Assembly: GCA_013239625.1 (NCBI GenBank)
Contig: MU054187.1
Coordinates: 12,928,974-12,992,973 of the forward strand
Direction of reading: 5' to 3'
DNA length: 64,000 nt
From: Lama guanicoe
Taxonomy: Eukaryota
Made by a program: the position numbers and the translations under genes. Below are positions 41,176-55,849 of the stretch, piece after piece (position 1 is the stretch's first letter; each line of letters opens with the position of its first letter). Under the pieces are notes generated by a model that worked only from the letters and a program-made list of their open reading frames with translations, was not told the origin of the DNA and made no database searches.

Positions 41176-43339
41176 GAAGAATCTGATTCAAAGAGTTAGA
41201 CCTTTTCAGGAACAATTATAAAACCAAAGAAATCACATTTCTCACATGTGATATTTTTTTCTCCTTTAGAAATTCCCAGTTTTCAAACACCGCCAGACAT
41301 CAATGTCGTCTGATCAGTGTCATCAAGTGGCATTTTATTTAACAAATCAGCAACCAGGCTGGGCTTTGTGGACGTGGGAGGAGCAGCAGGCAAAGATGCT
41401 CTGCATTCCCTGAAAGCACATTGTCTTCAACCCCAATGGCTCCTGACATTTAAATCATTAAAATTTTGCTTTTCACTGGTGAAGAGTAAATGAGCAGAAC
41501 AACACTGTGTTTTAAAAACATAATAAACAAGGTCTTGCATTTTTCAGCTCAACCACGTGCCTTGGAAAGTCAACCCCTCTCCTCCAGTCTCCCCACACCA
41601 GGACACCTGGTGATGTCCCTGGAAAAGAGGGAGACTCAATGCCTCCTTAATGCTTTAAGATGCTAGGGTTCCTTGAAGGACCAAGGTGGAGAAGTCTATT
41701 ACCAGTGTCGGAATGACTCCATTTCTTCTTTATCCTTATTGTCTTTTTCCTTAAGAGACCCAGAATATTCAAAATGTGAACTTCTAAGCCATCACAGAAA
41801 AGGAAGGAGGCGTAGTGGCTTCAGAGTTATCACTTGGAGATTGCTTTCTCCAGCCTCCTCTTCCTCTTATAAACTCTAAGTGCTATTCACAGCCAATGCA
41901 ACATGCCTTGGTTTTTGCATCTTTACTCATGAAAGGGCTGGGGGAAGTACGGGGCATGGAGAGAAAGAGAAAGCAGAGGGGCAGGGGGAGAGAACACGGG
42001 CAGGTAGAGGAGGAAGAGGAGGAGAATAGAAGAGAAAAAGGAAAAGACATAAATAAATGTCCATCCCCATGGTTCTCTGTGCCTCCTATACCTTGATCCA
42101 ATTCTGCGGCTCACCTGATCCTTTTCTCTGAGTCCAACAATCAGTCTGTGGCAAACAAGATCCCCTACAGCTTCAGTCTTCTCACCAAACCGTCCCCAAC
42201 ACCTTCTCCAAGGCCCTGGCTTCTCCTGCGTGTCTTTTCCCAGTAGAGGCTGCTCATTCTCTCAGATTCTAGAATCACAGAGACCTGAAAATATATCTGC
42301 ATTGTTTCTTCCAAACCATTGTTTTTCTGCTCTCGCATGAAACCCTTCCTCCTCTGACGTTCATGACATCTCTTCAACACTTCCATGAATGACCCACCTC
42401 CTAAGCACTGCCTGGCATTTATCAAAAACTTTAGTATTTGACTGTGTCCCCTGATGTCCCAACATTATCCTGGAACATGCATCCAACACTTCTTTGACCC
42501 TGTCCACACCTCAGCTCTGGCCTTCTATGTCAACCATCACACTCAAGACCACATCATGGACCTTTCCCTCCATTCCAGTCTCAGACTAAAACAGCACCAA
42601 CTGATTCATTTGTTTATTTACAAACATGCACTGTCCATTACCCATGGGCTCCATCCCATGATGGCCACTGGGACTGTAAGTGTGAACAAGACAAACAGAA
42701 TCTCTGTTCTCATAGGGCTACAGGAGGAAAGAATGAAAAATAATTTTTAAAGTAGTGATGAAGACTGAGGAAGGGGAATACAGAGAACCAACTACAGAAG
42801 CACGGAGTGGTGGTCTTGCTGAGTTTTCAGATTGAGGAAGGAACAGCTTCTTTTTCCAGAATTCTCATTCCTTTATTCCCATCTCATCTGTTCTCCAACC
42901 CATCAAGAGATGCAGGACTCCCGGCATCCTGACATTCTCTCCATTTATTATCCCCTTCCTTCACTTTTTTTCTATCTCTCCTAGATATGTGAATAGTTAT
43001 TTCAAATTTTTGTTTTTTAACTGACACCTTCAATTCTCTTCTTTTCATAGTCTTCCATGCCCTATCTGGAAAATCCTCAACTTGGATCAGGATAAATGTC
43101 TTCTGACCTGGGCAGCAAAGCCCTCATAGAGAAAGGCTGCTCTACCATAGAGTCTTCACATTCATTAGTTCCATGTATTTGGACTTTCAGCTCCACTATC
43201 ATTTCTTCCTTTAAGTTTCTAAGCAGCTTCAAGCTTCTCAGTTCCTCACAGTATCTATTTTAATTGTCTCCATCTCCTCAAGCTCATAAGCCCATCACTG
43301 CTCTCACACGGAAGTCACTGAGGAGGAAAAAGTAGAGGC

Positions 43340-43870
43340 CATTCATTCGTTCATGTATTCATGAATTCATCTAGTAAATATCTGAGTGCCTAACACGTGC
43401 CAGATAACTTATTCAAGTGTCAAGGATACAGAGGCACAAATGAAGACTAAACCCCTGCCATCTCAAGCTTACATTTTGGTAGGGGTGAGAGGCCAATGAT
43501 ACACCTAACACACAAGTAAACGATGTAGTTTGCAGCAGGTTCTAAGTGTTATTGTGCTGGTGGGGGACTCAGCATGTTAGAGAGACTGGAAGTCTACAGT
43601 GAGAGTTCCATCACACTGAATAGGGAGGGTAGGGTGGGCTCCCCGAGAAGGCGGGATTTGAAGGTGGTGAGGGAGTCGAGCAGGTGTATAGGGAGGTGGT
43701 CCAGGCAGAGGGACTGCGGTGGCAAAGGCCCTGATCAGAGGAATGGCAGGAAGCAAGGGAGGCAGGCGATGGGGTCTGGTGGGGCTTGTAGGTGAACTGT
43801 AATGACTCAGCTTTCACCCAAACAGGAATGGGAGCCACTGGAGGGTCTGAACAGAGGGCTCAGGCATGAA
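43340..43870 (-). mobile_element. L2 LINE relic, minus strand
   Basis: Starts with (CATT)n, then ATATCTGAGTGCCTAACACGTGCCAG...GCAAAGGCCCTGA...GGGAGCCACTGGAGGGT, typical of reverse-strand L2. Confidence 0.7.
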
Positions 43871-44384
43871 GTCCCTAACCATACTGCCTCCTCCTCCACT
43901 TCAGACTTATCTACCTTATTTTCCATCCACCTTCCCTGATGTTTCTGTGGGAAAGCTATTCCTTTTCTAGGCTGATCCACTTCTGTTCTGAATTTAAGCC
44001 CCTGCTGGCCCATCAGAGATTTCCCTCCATCAATTATCTCCTTTACCTATACCATTAACCTCTGCCTCTATAAAGTCAGTGTTGGCAGCCAAAACTACCC
44101 TGACCTTCCAAACACCATCCTCAACCCCTCAGCCCTCTTCCTAAGGGACTACCTTCTCTTCTCCTTTTAACACTTACACACTTGAAAGACATGTTTCTCT
44201 TCCTTGTCTCCACTTCCTCTCCTTCCTCATCAAGTCATCCATCCACTCAATGAACTCAATGAGCACAGATTACCTGCTGGGAACTATGGTGGAGGCACAG
44301 AAGAAGGGCACACGGGCCAGGGGGCCCAAGGGGAATACAGCTCGCTTGTCCACTGAAACTGCTATAGGCTAAATCCATTCATGT

Positions 44385-44640
44385 TTCTCATTTTTTAATT
44401 TTTTGACATAATTTGATAATTGCAGAAAAGTTGCAAGAAGAAGAGAAAAACTTTCAAGATATCCCTCACCCAGATTCCCCAAAATGGTAACATTTTATCA
44501 GATTAGCTTCATCTTTTCTTCTCTCTCTAGAGGTGCCTAGGTATGCATATGGAGAGCTCACGTTTTTTGGTAGGTAGATGTCACTTTACTCATAAATATT
44601 TCAGTATATATTTCATAAAACGAGAAATTTCTTCTCTAGG
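44385..44640 (-). mobile_element. Old L1 (L1MC/ME-like) 3' relic
   Basis: CAGAAAAGTTGCAAGAA...ATATCCCTCACCCAGATTCCCC...AACATTTTA recognised by eye. Confidence 0.55.
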
Positions 44641-46292
44641 AGGATGCTACTTCATGATCAACATGCCCCAAACTGAGCCACTGTCTTTTTCATCACGCTT
44701 CTCTCAAGGTCCCTCACTCTTTACCCTCTCTCTGCTTCACTCACCCCCATGCTCATTGGTCACTACGATCATATATTCTATTTTATAAATACATTTTAAT
44801 CCGCACCCATTGCCAGCACCCTATATCCGGGATTCAGTATTTCTTGCCCAAATTAATGCAAAAAAAACCCTAACTGGTCTCTCCCCTTCAGTTCTCCAGC
44901 CTCTCCTCCATCCTGCTGCAGTCATTCTGTAAGCGAACCTGATCATACCTGACCTCCCATGGCACTCAGGATGAAACACAAACACCGTGCAGAACATATC
45001 TGCCTATTTAGACTCTGGTCCCTGCCTCCCTACTCAGCTCAGCACAGCCCCCAACCCCCCATAGTTCACACCACATACACCAAGAATGTTGAACCATCAG
45101 CAGTTCCTCCAAGTCCCATGCATCTGTGCCCCGGTCTCCTCCCATGGAATGTCCCCTCTGTTCAGCTTCCCCTTCCCCAATTCTACGTGTGCTTTACTCC
45201 CAATCCATTCTTTCAGGCTGAGTATGGGCATCTCCTCCAGGAAACCTTCCCTGATCACCCCATCCCAACTGGTCTCTGCTGGGTCCTTCCTGGGTGTTCT
45301 CAGGATTCTCAGAATGCTGGGATTCTTCTGGCGTTACCAAGCTGTACTGTGATGGTCTGGTGATTTGTTCACCCTGTTCAGCCACAAGCCAGGACCATCA
45401 TCATACAGCTTTGAATCCATAACAGTACCAAGCACGTTGCCTGTGGTAAGTCAAATTCTAGTGAATGTTTTCGAAAGAACTATGAGTATAACACCTTTTG
45501 TTATTTCCTTATTGCCTCCAGCTGGTATCATCAGTATAAAGGTTGTACATTTGCATTTCATTTTACATCTCTATATAACTCTTTTTAATTACGGTATATG
45601 TGAAATGACCCTGAGAGCAAGATTAAATCAATCACAAATTGACAAAAGTACAGCAATCCCAATTGAGAGGTTTTATAAACACAGCAGATAATTTGAAATG
45701 GTTAAAAATTTAAGAATTCTAATAAAACATAATTGTTAGCTGAAGTAGTCCAAGCTGGGTAATTTGGCAAAGACACAATCATATCCTCACAATTAATTTA
45801 TTATCACAGTCACTTTCTTAGCAATTTCAGGATCACAGATGTCAAAAGTGGAGATTTTGTTTGTTGGAGGCAGCCTTTATTAATGAGAAGGAGATTAAAA
45901 ACTACTATAAGGATTTAAAGCTGCTTTACAAAGTCTCATCTCTAGCTGACATGACAGTTACATGGCCAGCGGGTAGCAGAAGCCAAATTCTGTGTGATTA
46001 GAAGAATCATACAGGTGAGAGACAAAGGGAAGAAGTCAAAAATATAAAGATAATTTAGAACAAAACCCCGCATGATTTCATTTCCTTTTATAGGACACCA
46101 GGATTTCAGCAAACCCTTCATCACACTGAATAAAAATACTAGAACTGCAAATATGGGACTCTGAGAAAACCTATGCAGTGTTATATAGGTAATACACACA
46201 TGCACATGCATATGCATGCATATATTTGTATATATATCAATAGGAAAGATAACGTTTGACATTAATGTGAAAATCTAATATTTACTCCTTAC

Positions 46293-46370
46293 CTGAACCT
46301 GAGAAATTGTCTAAAGACCCGTCTGCTGTTGTTGAAACTATTTCACTGCTGCTCATCGGCTCTGTTTTAA
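46293..46370 (-). CDS. EYA1: EYA1 internal coding exon (78 nt, approx. exon 4): (V)[25 protein letters not shown]
   Basis: Manual reverse-complement translation matches the EYA1 N-terminus as I recall it ([26 protein letters not shown]). Acceptor tttttgtag|TTAAA, donor TCAG|gtaagg; phase 1 to 1. Confidence 0.95.
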
Positions 46371-46855
46371 CTACAAAAATAAACAATATAGATCATATAC
46401 CCAACCAACAGTTACTGGAAAAGGCACGGTAGAGAAGATACAACATTCAAAATAATGATAAGAAAACAATTTAAAAACCAACCTTTTCATATTTGAATAT
46501 AAATCAGATTAGAATTCCTAACAGTCTTTTTAAAAAAAAAAATTCACGTTTTTCTTCCTAAGGAAACAATCGATTGTGACAAGTTGACCTTTAAAAGAAA
46601 CACTTTAAGCTAAAAGTAGTTCAATTCATTGTTATCTTACATATTTACTAAACCGCTTACTAAAATAAATAACTTATCCCTCAAATTTACATAATGTGGA
46701 CATGAAATTATTTCCTTGGGTTTATAACCATTTGGCCAAATAGAGTCAAAAGGATAGACTAGAAAGACTTGAAGTGGAAAATGACACCAACAGGCTTTCA
46801 TGGTGCTCAAGGTCAGATGCACACGTTCGCACATACATGTGTGCATGCGTTCTCA

Positions 46856-46858
<3 letters not shown>

Positions 46859-46886
<28 letters not shown>
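46859..46886. repeat. (CA)n microsatellite
   Basis: Directly visible. Confidence 0.95.
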
Positions 46887-49799
46887 TTTCTCAGTTATCC
46901 AGCATGGCTGAAAAACGGTGCTCAGTTTAATGGGTTATTATTACCACCCAACCACATCTAGCAGCCAAATCATGAGTGTCTGATGTACACTTAGTACCAA
47001 AACCATACTAAATGTAAATGAAGAATAAATAAAATTTCCCATTTAAAAATAATGATAGCAGTAAGTCTGTGGAAAACCCGAATTTTAGTCGAGTCTGTAA
47101 AACAAAAACATTTAAATTGATGCTATAGGTTCTCCAAAGCAAACCCACTCCACTGATAAAATGATGGTATGATTGTACCCCTACAGATAAGACAAATCAA
47201 CTCAGAATCCTTCCCCCCACTAGTTTTAGATTTTTTTTTTTAAAAAAGAGCATTATTGCTTTCCCTAGAAACTACTAGTAAAGTGCTATCATTGGAATTT
47301 GCCTAGCCTACTCAGTGGGAGTCACACATTCCTATTAACAGGTTTTCAAAAAGAGGGAATATCTTAGAGGCACCTGGAAATCAATTACGTGTTTCCCAAA
47401 ATAAAGGCCTTAACAAGAGAATATCTGGGGAGGCTTCTCTCCCAATGTAACACATTCTGAACTGGGAAAGGGTGATGCCTTCTCTCAGCACTGCCGATCT
47501 CTTGCAAACATCAGGCAGACACTCTCACCCTCTTGCTGAATCTTTTACTAATAAATGCATAGTCAGTAGTTTTAAAATACACATTATAAATAGTTGCAGC
47601 AGATTAGTCACTTTCAAAAAAACAATTAATTACTGAAACTGTTTCTAAACCAAGTTGAAAAATAAAACCAAGTGAGTCCAAATGGAATCACTTCAACTGA
47701 CTTTTAACATAGACCAAACAATAGTGTGACTGAAGTCTTCACTTTTCCCCCAGTTGTTTTGGATCTGAAGCCTTTGTTGATGCTTATAAATTCTGATACA
47801 AGCCTGTGTCTCCCTCCTCTCTTCACGCCTCTGGGAAATTTTGTTTAATACAATTCTCTTCTTCATAACAATGACCCGGCCACAGATGGAGGGAGGCGTG
47901 TTACGCCACGGCTGGTGCGCAGGTTCCTACTCAGTTCTCCACATTCTAGCTCGCCCTCTTCGAAAAGAACTCATATAATGCCCCGGGCAATTGTTCTGTT
48001 TCACTCTGCATTGGACAGATTAGCACGAGGATCTGAACTCTGTGTGAAATACCACATGCCCAGAAAAAGAATTAGGCCCAAGGGTAACAGGTTGTACAAA
48101 GTACCTACCATGTGTCAGATTCTTTGCAGACATTGTGATTAATTCCATTAAACAATTCTGCAAGTCGGTCTCGGAACACAACCCACAAATTCGCCAGCTG
48201 TGAGGCACTGCCTTCTAATGGCATATGCAAAAACTGCAATCAGAGGGGTCTGGAAACTGCCCAAAGTCCCACAGTAAGTGGCAGAAATGGGATCTAGTTT
48301 TGGCTATTTTGTATTCCAAGGCTTGAAGAAATGGCAGTAAGTGACACTTCCCAATGATCAGAGCCTCTCTGCAGCAGAGCAAGGCAACCGAGGCGCTGCC
48401 ACACCCTGTGGAGATAGTGGGTAAACCCCTGCAGTCCTCGTCTTCCTAGAGTGTTAACACTTCCAGGCTAGTGAACTTACTGGAAGATCTCAAGCAGAAG
48501 GTCCACACCAACCTGTCTGGAAAGACAGTGAGAAGGAAATTCTTCCATGGTGTGAGACGTCCGCCCAGATTACTTCCCAGTTTTTGCCAAACTTAAGGTC
48601 TATGATTCTGTAGACTGGACTAAAAAATTCACAAAAGCTTGACTGTGCCAAAACCACTCTCACTCCCAGACCCCTAAGACCTGCCCCAACTAGTCCCCAT
48701 AATTAGCATGATCAAATACAGCTTTCCCTCCCTAGAGGCGCATTCAATTATACTTGGGATTCCATTAAAACAGGCAAAAAGAATAGGAAGGAAAAGAAGA
48801 GGATATTTTTTCTTGTGGGCCCCCAGCCCATCGCTTTTTGCCATTGTTCAAATATACCCACCTATACACTAAGGAATAAAGACTCCCTTTTCCTGATGAA
48901 CCCAATTCTTTAAAAGGCTCACTGTTGAAGAGAAGAGGCAGTACCTAAAGTAACTACCAGGATATTCGTGATTTTATCACTTACTGTAATTGAATCTTTG
49001 ATCACCAGCAGCGACCCGATGCTTAAGAGACTGGTGATTTATTGTGATGTAAAATAGTTTCTGAATGAAAGTCAAATAAACAAAGACCACTTCTGGCTTT
49101 GCGGTTGCCAAGCATATACCCACCGAAAAGTCAAAAAGACAAGAATAATCTCTGGCCACCAAAACTTTGCCCATCCTCACCAGCGCCATCATATTTATAA
49201 ATATTTCATAGGTAATATAATAGAGCACCTTTCCAAAACTTTGAATTTAAAAACACAACACACTAAATTTTTTTTAAAGTTTGAGCAATTTAAAGTATTA
49301 CCATGTCTGAGAACAATGATCTCACCTAAGCCTCCTATCTGAAAAGAAAAACCTATGAATGACCTGTTTGCCTCTAAATAAGGTAGGATTCTTTTATCTC
49401 CACCACACTTCTTCCTTCATTACATGACTTCAGTCTATTAGAAAACAGCAACTTTTATTCTCTTTTGCCCACTAATCAAAAGTCTTTTTTCTACCACTCC
49501 AAGTTTCCTGTCTTGCAGCTGATACTTAAGGACCTACTCATCCTTTAAAAATATTTGGAAATTCTCCTTTGCCCCTTTAATCTCTCTCAATCCCTTCAAG
49601 AGCTTCCCCCAACCATGCATTTTAGGCTTGAGCTATACTGGACAACCTGTGACCCTCCAGAGGTGCCACAGACTTCCATCTATCAATGTCTTCGAGCTTT
49701 GGTTTTTGGACACAAATAATCCAGTTACCTGCTATAACACTTTGTAAAAGCTGTATGATCTCTCCATCCTTAATTATCTCACATAAAAAACTTAAAAAG

Positions 49800-50260
49800 T
49801 GATATCTACAGTGATATATAGAGATACAGACACATACACACACAATGGAATACTATGCAGCCATAAAAAGAAAAATCTTTCCATTTGTGACAACATGGAT
49901 GGACCTTGAGGGTATTACTCTAAGTGAAATAAGTCAGATAGAGAAAGCCAAATACAATATGATTTCACTTATATGTGGAATCTATAAAACAAAATAAACA
50001 AACAAAGCAAAACTTATAGACAGAGAGAACAGATACTCACAGATAGAGAGAAAATAATGGTGGTTGCCAGAAGGAGGTTGGGGTGGGCAAAATGGGTGAA
50101 GGGGGTCAAGTGGTACAAACTTCCAGTTATAAAATAAATAAGCCATGGGGATGTAAAATACAGCATGGTGACTATAGTTAATAATATTGTACTGCATATT
50201 TGAGAATTTCTGGGAGAGTACATCTTGAAGGTTCTTGTCAAAAGAAAAGAAAATGATACC
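49800..50260 (+). mobile_element. L1 3' end (L1MA/MB-like)
   Basis: CAATGGAATACTATGCAGCCATAAAAAG...ACATGGATGGACCTTGAGGGTATT...CAGCATGGTGACTATAGTTAATAATA. Confidence 0.88.
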
Positions 50261-50429
50261 TACATTATATGAATGCAATAGAAACCATAAAAATGTATGT
50301 GAAGTATCTCATGTAAAGTAGGAACTGCAATTATATTTATCATCATCATAGCAGTATCATATAACTGCTATACTGAGTGCCTTTCTCCTGGGGAGTAGGA
50401 CCAGGGAGCAACAGCGAATAAGAGTTACA

Positions 50430-50463
50430 ATAGATGATAGATAGATAGACAGACAGATAGATA
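50430..50463. repeat. (GATA)n/(GACA)n microsatellite
   Basis: Directly visible. Confidence 0.85.
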
Positions 50464-50474
50464 AAGAGTAAAAA

Positions 50475-50660
50475 GTATCAGCTGTGGAATTATCAGCTGG
50501 AGTTTAATCCAGCTTTGCTATCATCAGTATGGGCCTTGGAAAGTCACTCAACTTCTGTGTGCCTCCGCTTCCTCTTCTGTAGGTGGGGATAATACACTCA
50601 TAAGGTTTATAAATGCCTATAAGTCACTTAGCACTGTGCTAGGTCCAGAGGCCATGCTTT
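50475..50660 (+). mobile_element. MIR SINE relic
   Basis: CCTTGGAAAGTCACTCAACTTCTGTGTGCCTCCGCTTCCTCTTCTGTAGG core. Confidence 0.65.
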
Positions 50661-51598
50661 TATAGCTACCTTATCATTATAGATGCTATATCTTTTTTTC
50701 AAAAGTAATTGTGAGAAATCAAAGTGTTTCTCACAGGACAAAAGTCTGTCATAAACTTCACGGTAAAGTTAAGCTTACCCTTTGAGAAGCAAATGGAAAG
50801 AATCTAAAGCTAAGTGACTTGTCTAAGATCAACCACGAGGCCACTGCCTCAGGATAGTCAAAACCAAATCAAGGCAATTTGGATGTAACTCAAGAAGGCA
50901 GGACCAAATCACGATTGTATTAAGAAAACATTCATTATAAGTTGGGTCATTATAATCAGTGTATACTCTTTCTGAAGAGACTAGCAAGCAGCAGGATGGT
51001 GAATATGGCAATGGTGATAGAGGATTCCAGGAGAAAATGTGGGCATCTCTCTCCAGCACTGCTTAGGATGAATATACTGTCAGTGGCCCACAAAAAAAGA
51101 GAACACTGTCTTTGTTCACCATAAATTTAAGTGGAGACAGATCAACCAGATGACAGAAGCTTGGTGACGTTAGCTATCAAGCTCATCCAACTAGCCCGTC
51201 ATACCATGATTCTGTGCTCATCAAGCAATTTCCAGTCACACGTTAAATGCTGCAGTCACAACCCAGGGAGATGATAGGCTGATCAGAGGAGACAAGTACC
51301 CAGTCAATTGATTAGTTATATTTCTCACTATAAATTAAGAGGGCAGTTAAAGCAAGTTCTCCCCTAGAGTGCAGCTCTGCCTGCTGGTTTGGGAGTTGGC
51401 CTCAGTGCTAAGAATTTGCCCAGGATTACAGTGAAGGCAGCAGCCTGAGTGAGCCAGAGGTCCTCCCCATGCAATATCTAAACTCATCTCGTAACTTTTC
51501 TTTCAATTGTAATAGTACAACTTGCCTTTGCTTGGCACACTCTTGTCCTTCCTGTTTTGTTTCCTACTATAATGCTCAAGGACTTCAAAAACTCAGTT

Positions 51599-51890
51599 CT
51601 CACAGACATAGACAACATGATGGTTACCAGGGCGGCAGGGGGGAAGTGGGTGGGAAGGGTTAAATTGAGAGTTTGAGACTTGAAGATATTTATATGAAAT
51701 AAATAAACAGCAAGTTTATACTGTACAGCACAGGGATCTATATTCAATATCTTGTAGTAACTTATGGTGAAAACGAATATATGTATATTCATGTATGACT
51801 GAAGCATTATGCTGTACACCAGAAATTGACATAACATTGTAAACTGACTATACTTCAATAAAAATACATACATACCAAAACAAACAAACA
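51599..51890 (+). mobile_element. Young L1 3' end with TSD
   Basis: CTCACAGACATAGAC...ACTGACTATACTTCAATAAAA; near-TSD AAAAACTCAGTTC / AAAAACTTCAGTTC. Confidence 0.85.
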
Positions 51891-54800
51891 AAAAACTTCA
51901 GTTCACCATCTCTGCATTATTCTTTATCATTTCCATCCTCTCTTCTATCTCAGTGAGATTTACCTTCATTCCACTCTGGTTATTGAACAGTTCAGCTACA
52001 CTGCTTCCTAGAACCGCATTGCCTCTAAATAATGTCACCTTTTATCTTTTTCATTTGCTCGCTTCTGCCAGACTTGCTCTTTAAGGGTCACCAGTATAGC
52101 CTCTTTCCAAACCTCTATCCATTCCCTACTCCAATTTCACCAGCCCATCCTGGAACCCAGAGCTAAAATCAATCCTACGTTGCTTCATTTTCCAAAGTTG
52201 TTTTTTTTTTAAAATCACTCTTATGTAGACAAGTGCTAAATCTACCTACATACATATCTTTTTCATGGGGTCCAAGCCTATGAGCCCAATCATGCAATGC
52301 CCTTGCCTGAATCAGGGTCACCTCAACCTGCTCAGATGCAAAACCATCATCCTATCCCTCTGCAATGGACATGCCACCTAGACTGCAAGTGTCCTTTTCA
52401 CCCTGATTCCTCCAACCCCCTCTTTGCTCACACCTTAGTGCCAGGTCTATCATTTCTGCCACTCTAATCTTTCACAACCATTTTTCCTAATTTCACAGCC
52501 ACTAGCCTAATTACCTTCTATCTCTTCTCTTGGAAAAGCTGGCAAATTGGCTTTTCAGCCTCCACTCTCTGTATCTAAAGCAGAGATGTTTCTCTTCCCA
52601 CAGCCTCGATCTGAGCAAGTCCCTCCTAGCTCTGTGGTCCTCAGCAGGCTCTCCATTTTCTCCCAAATTAAGTTTTCACTCCTTTGTCATGTTTTCAAGG
52701 CCCTCTATACTCTAAGACCAAGCTTTTTTATTTTTTATTTTTATTTTTTTGCTTTACTTGCCATTTCGTCCGCACACACTTTATATTTATGTAACAACTA
52801 GTAACTGACAAGAATCTGAGTGTACAAAATATAAGGTCACATCTGATCGTCCTAACTTTTCTCTGTGACGCTTATTACCTCCATTTTACAAAGAAACACA
52901 AGTCCACATACATAGTCAACATTTAAACCAAACTGGTCTACCAAGTGTTTAATGCTCCCTCAGATCCACAATAATGCCAGTGCCTTTTCTTCTGACATGT
53001 TCTACAAACGTCTATCCGACCAAATTCCACAGTTCCTTCAAAGCTCAACTCAAGTCCCACCTGCTTTGTCAAATCTTGCCTGATCTACTACGCAGGGGCT
53101 GATTCCTCTCCTGAGTGACTAAATCTGAGTTTGTACCTCCTTTAAAACACACATCCCACTCAACCTTGTTTTATATGTCACAGTCGTATCCATTTGAACA
53201 TATGATAAATGTCTTCAGAACTACAGCTTTTCTATCCCTACAGAACTTAGCACCATGCTTAACACTCAATATTCACTGAAGGAATGGATAAAGGTAACAA
53301 TGTATAATTGACTTTGAAAAGGAGATCACAGTGGACTTCATGCCACTCAGCACACCGCATGGGACAATTAAACACACTGTGTATGATCAAACGTAGGATC
53401 ACACTTTCTTCCTTCCAAATTATCACTCAGTCAGCATATGTGCAGGTTCTTGTGAAGCCCTTCGCTTACAGGACATATGCCCCTTATGCTATTTTGAACA
53501 AAGTACTCTTTGGAGAAAAGACATTAGCATAAAGGAACATTTATCATTGGAGTTTTTGTATGTTTAAAGAGAGCCTTTTTTTGTATGTTTAGAGATAATC
53601 AGTCAAAAGAGAGGTAAATAAGTCACACAGATTTAATAATTCATGAGGCATGACCACCCAAAGGCAAATATTAGATATTGCTATAAGTAAGCCTTTAAAA
53701 AGCCCTTTAAAAAATCTATACCACACATGATTTTGCTGTACAGAGAACAAATAACCTATAAGACAAGAGGAAAGTATAACCATCATGATGTTAAGTCACA
53801 GTTGGAGTCAAGGACAGTATCACTCACAGATTTAATGAGCACTCTTTCTCAAATCATGAGGCAGAAGTGGAAATGTATGTTTTTAAAAACTGTGTCAAGA
53901 AGTTTAAAGATAGACATTTCACCTGGTGCCACAAAACACAGGAAGATTCCCTAAAGCTTTTGTATTTTGAAATATTTTGTATGTTTCATACAAATATATA
54001 TAAAGATACATTTGTAGAAAACAATGTATGTCATCTTAGAAATGTATAGTAACTTTGATACTGGAAGCACTCGAGGTAATGTTCAACATCTACTGAATGT
54101 GGAGAAAAGAAATTAGTTATGTTTATGTGTAGGAATTCCTTGTTAATTATTACACTCCTGAGGACTTCTGATATGCTACAAAATAATATCCAGAATCTCA
54201 GGTTAAAAAAAATAAAAGTTAATATTAAATTTTTTTAATTAAAAAAAAAAACCTGTATCAAATGACTAAAAAAGTGGCATCAAGGGATACCAAAGATATA
54301 TGTAAAGAAAATGAATAAAATTATTACATGAACTATGAAAGGAACATAATATTCCTAAATTTATATATTTTATATATCTTAAAGACATGCAATGAATAAA
54401 TATTATATGCAGCCATTCAACTATTTCTCCTTTATCTAAAAGTATGTACATCCATGAAACAAATGTTTTTTCTTTGATAAATACCCATTTGGAAAACCAA
54501 GTATCCCTTTATGTTTAGATTGGCTCTGTAGCCTGGAATATAGTTGTTATCCCTCCATAAATTTGAAGTCATCCTCTTTTTCTTAAAGGAGAGAAGACAA
54601 ACAGCAAACACAATCTTATGAAAACCAAATCAACAAACAAACATACACAGACTAAACCTGCACTTAAGGGTACACATGGCCAACAAGGCATGGGAGTCAA
54701 TTTCAAAGCCTGTAATTCACAGGAAGTGCAGCACACTGAAGAATCTATGCACACTGATTTGTGTAGCAGTCTAGACTAGTTGACTTTTTTTTGGTAAAAA

Positions 54801-55849
54801 TGTCTCTTGCAACTCCAACTCTACCTTTGTTTTTTGTTTGTTTTTTTTTTCCAACTCTCCTTCTTGCCATGCTAGCTCAGGTGCCTGACACATGGAATCT
54901 GGACAGATCGCGTGAGCCTCCATCCCACTGCTCATCTCTGCCCCAGTCCAATCTCTCCCTGGAACCACTGCCAGATGAATACTTAAAACACTTGATCAAA
55001 ATATGCAATGGCTTCTCCAGGATGAAGTCCAAATTCCTTAGCCTACTGTTCAGGGTCCTCCACAGTTTGGCTCCAGATAATCCTTCCAAGCTTATCTACC
55101 ATCAATTCCTTCTTCAGTTCAACCACTCTCCTCACAGCCTCCTGAACTATCCTACCTTTGTTCGGATTGGTCCCTCATTTCGAATGCATTGCATCTCTTC
55201 TCAACCTATTCAAATGCTCCTCATTTTCCAACACTAAGCTCAAGTTCCCTTTCCTTCTTGAAGCTCAGCAAGCTCAAGAGCTCTTTTTTCTGAACTCTGA
55301 GAGCACTTTTGTTTGGATCAGTGGCTTCTAGCCTTCTGGAGAATGAAGCCCTCTTTCTAACACCAAAATATTTCAGAATCCAGATGATAGCCTATTTTCG
55401 ATCTGTTGATTGAGAAAGTGCATAATGACAAAATCCCACTGTGAATTTTTGTGAGAAAATTTCCATTTTAATTAACATAACAGACTGTCCATATGTGAAA
55501 AAGAATTACATATATATGCAGCCTGTTAATTTCCTTATCCTTCAGACAAAGCTTTTTGCACAGAATTTGCTGAACTTCAATACTTGTTCAGTACTTGGGC
55601 ATCTCTAAGCCACAGATTGAAAATCCTCGCCTTCATAATTTAATCGACATACCATGATCTTTGAGTTTTTGCCAAATTTTTTTTTAAAGTCCTATCTTCA
55701 GACTGAGCTTTTTCAGGCAGGTGTAATGCCACATACTTCACTGTATATTTGCTAGAATCTGGCATAGTTGTCTGGATACAGTGAAAACTAAATACATATT
55801 TCCTTCCTAGGACACTGTTAAGTATCTGAGGTTCACTTTCATCACCAGT

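Noticed and set aside
54791..55237. Longest ORF in the track (148 aa) and similar ORFs at 44959 and 20185
   Set aside because: No recognisable protein similarity; 54791 and 44959 overlap pyrimidine-rich L2-like relics; lengths are compatible with chance.
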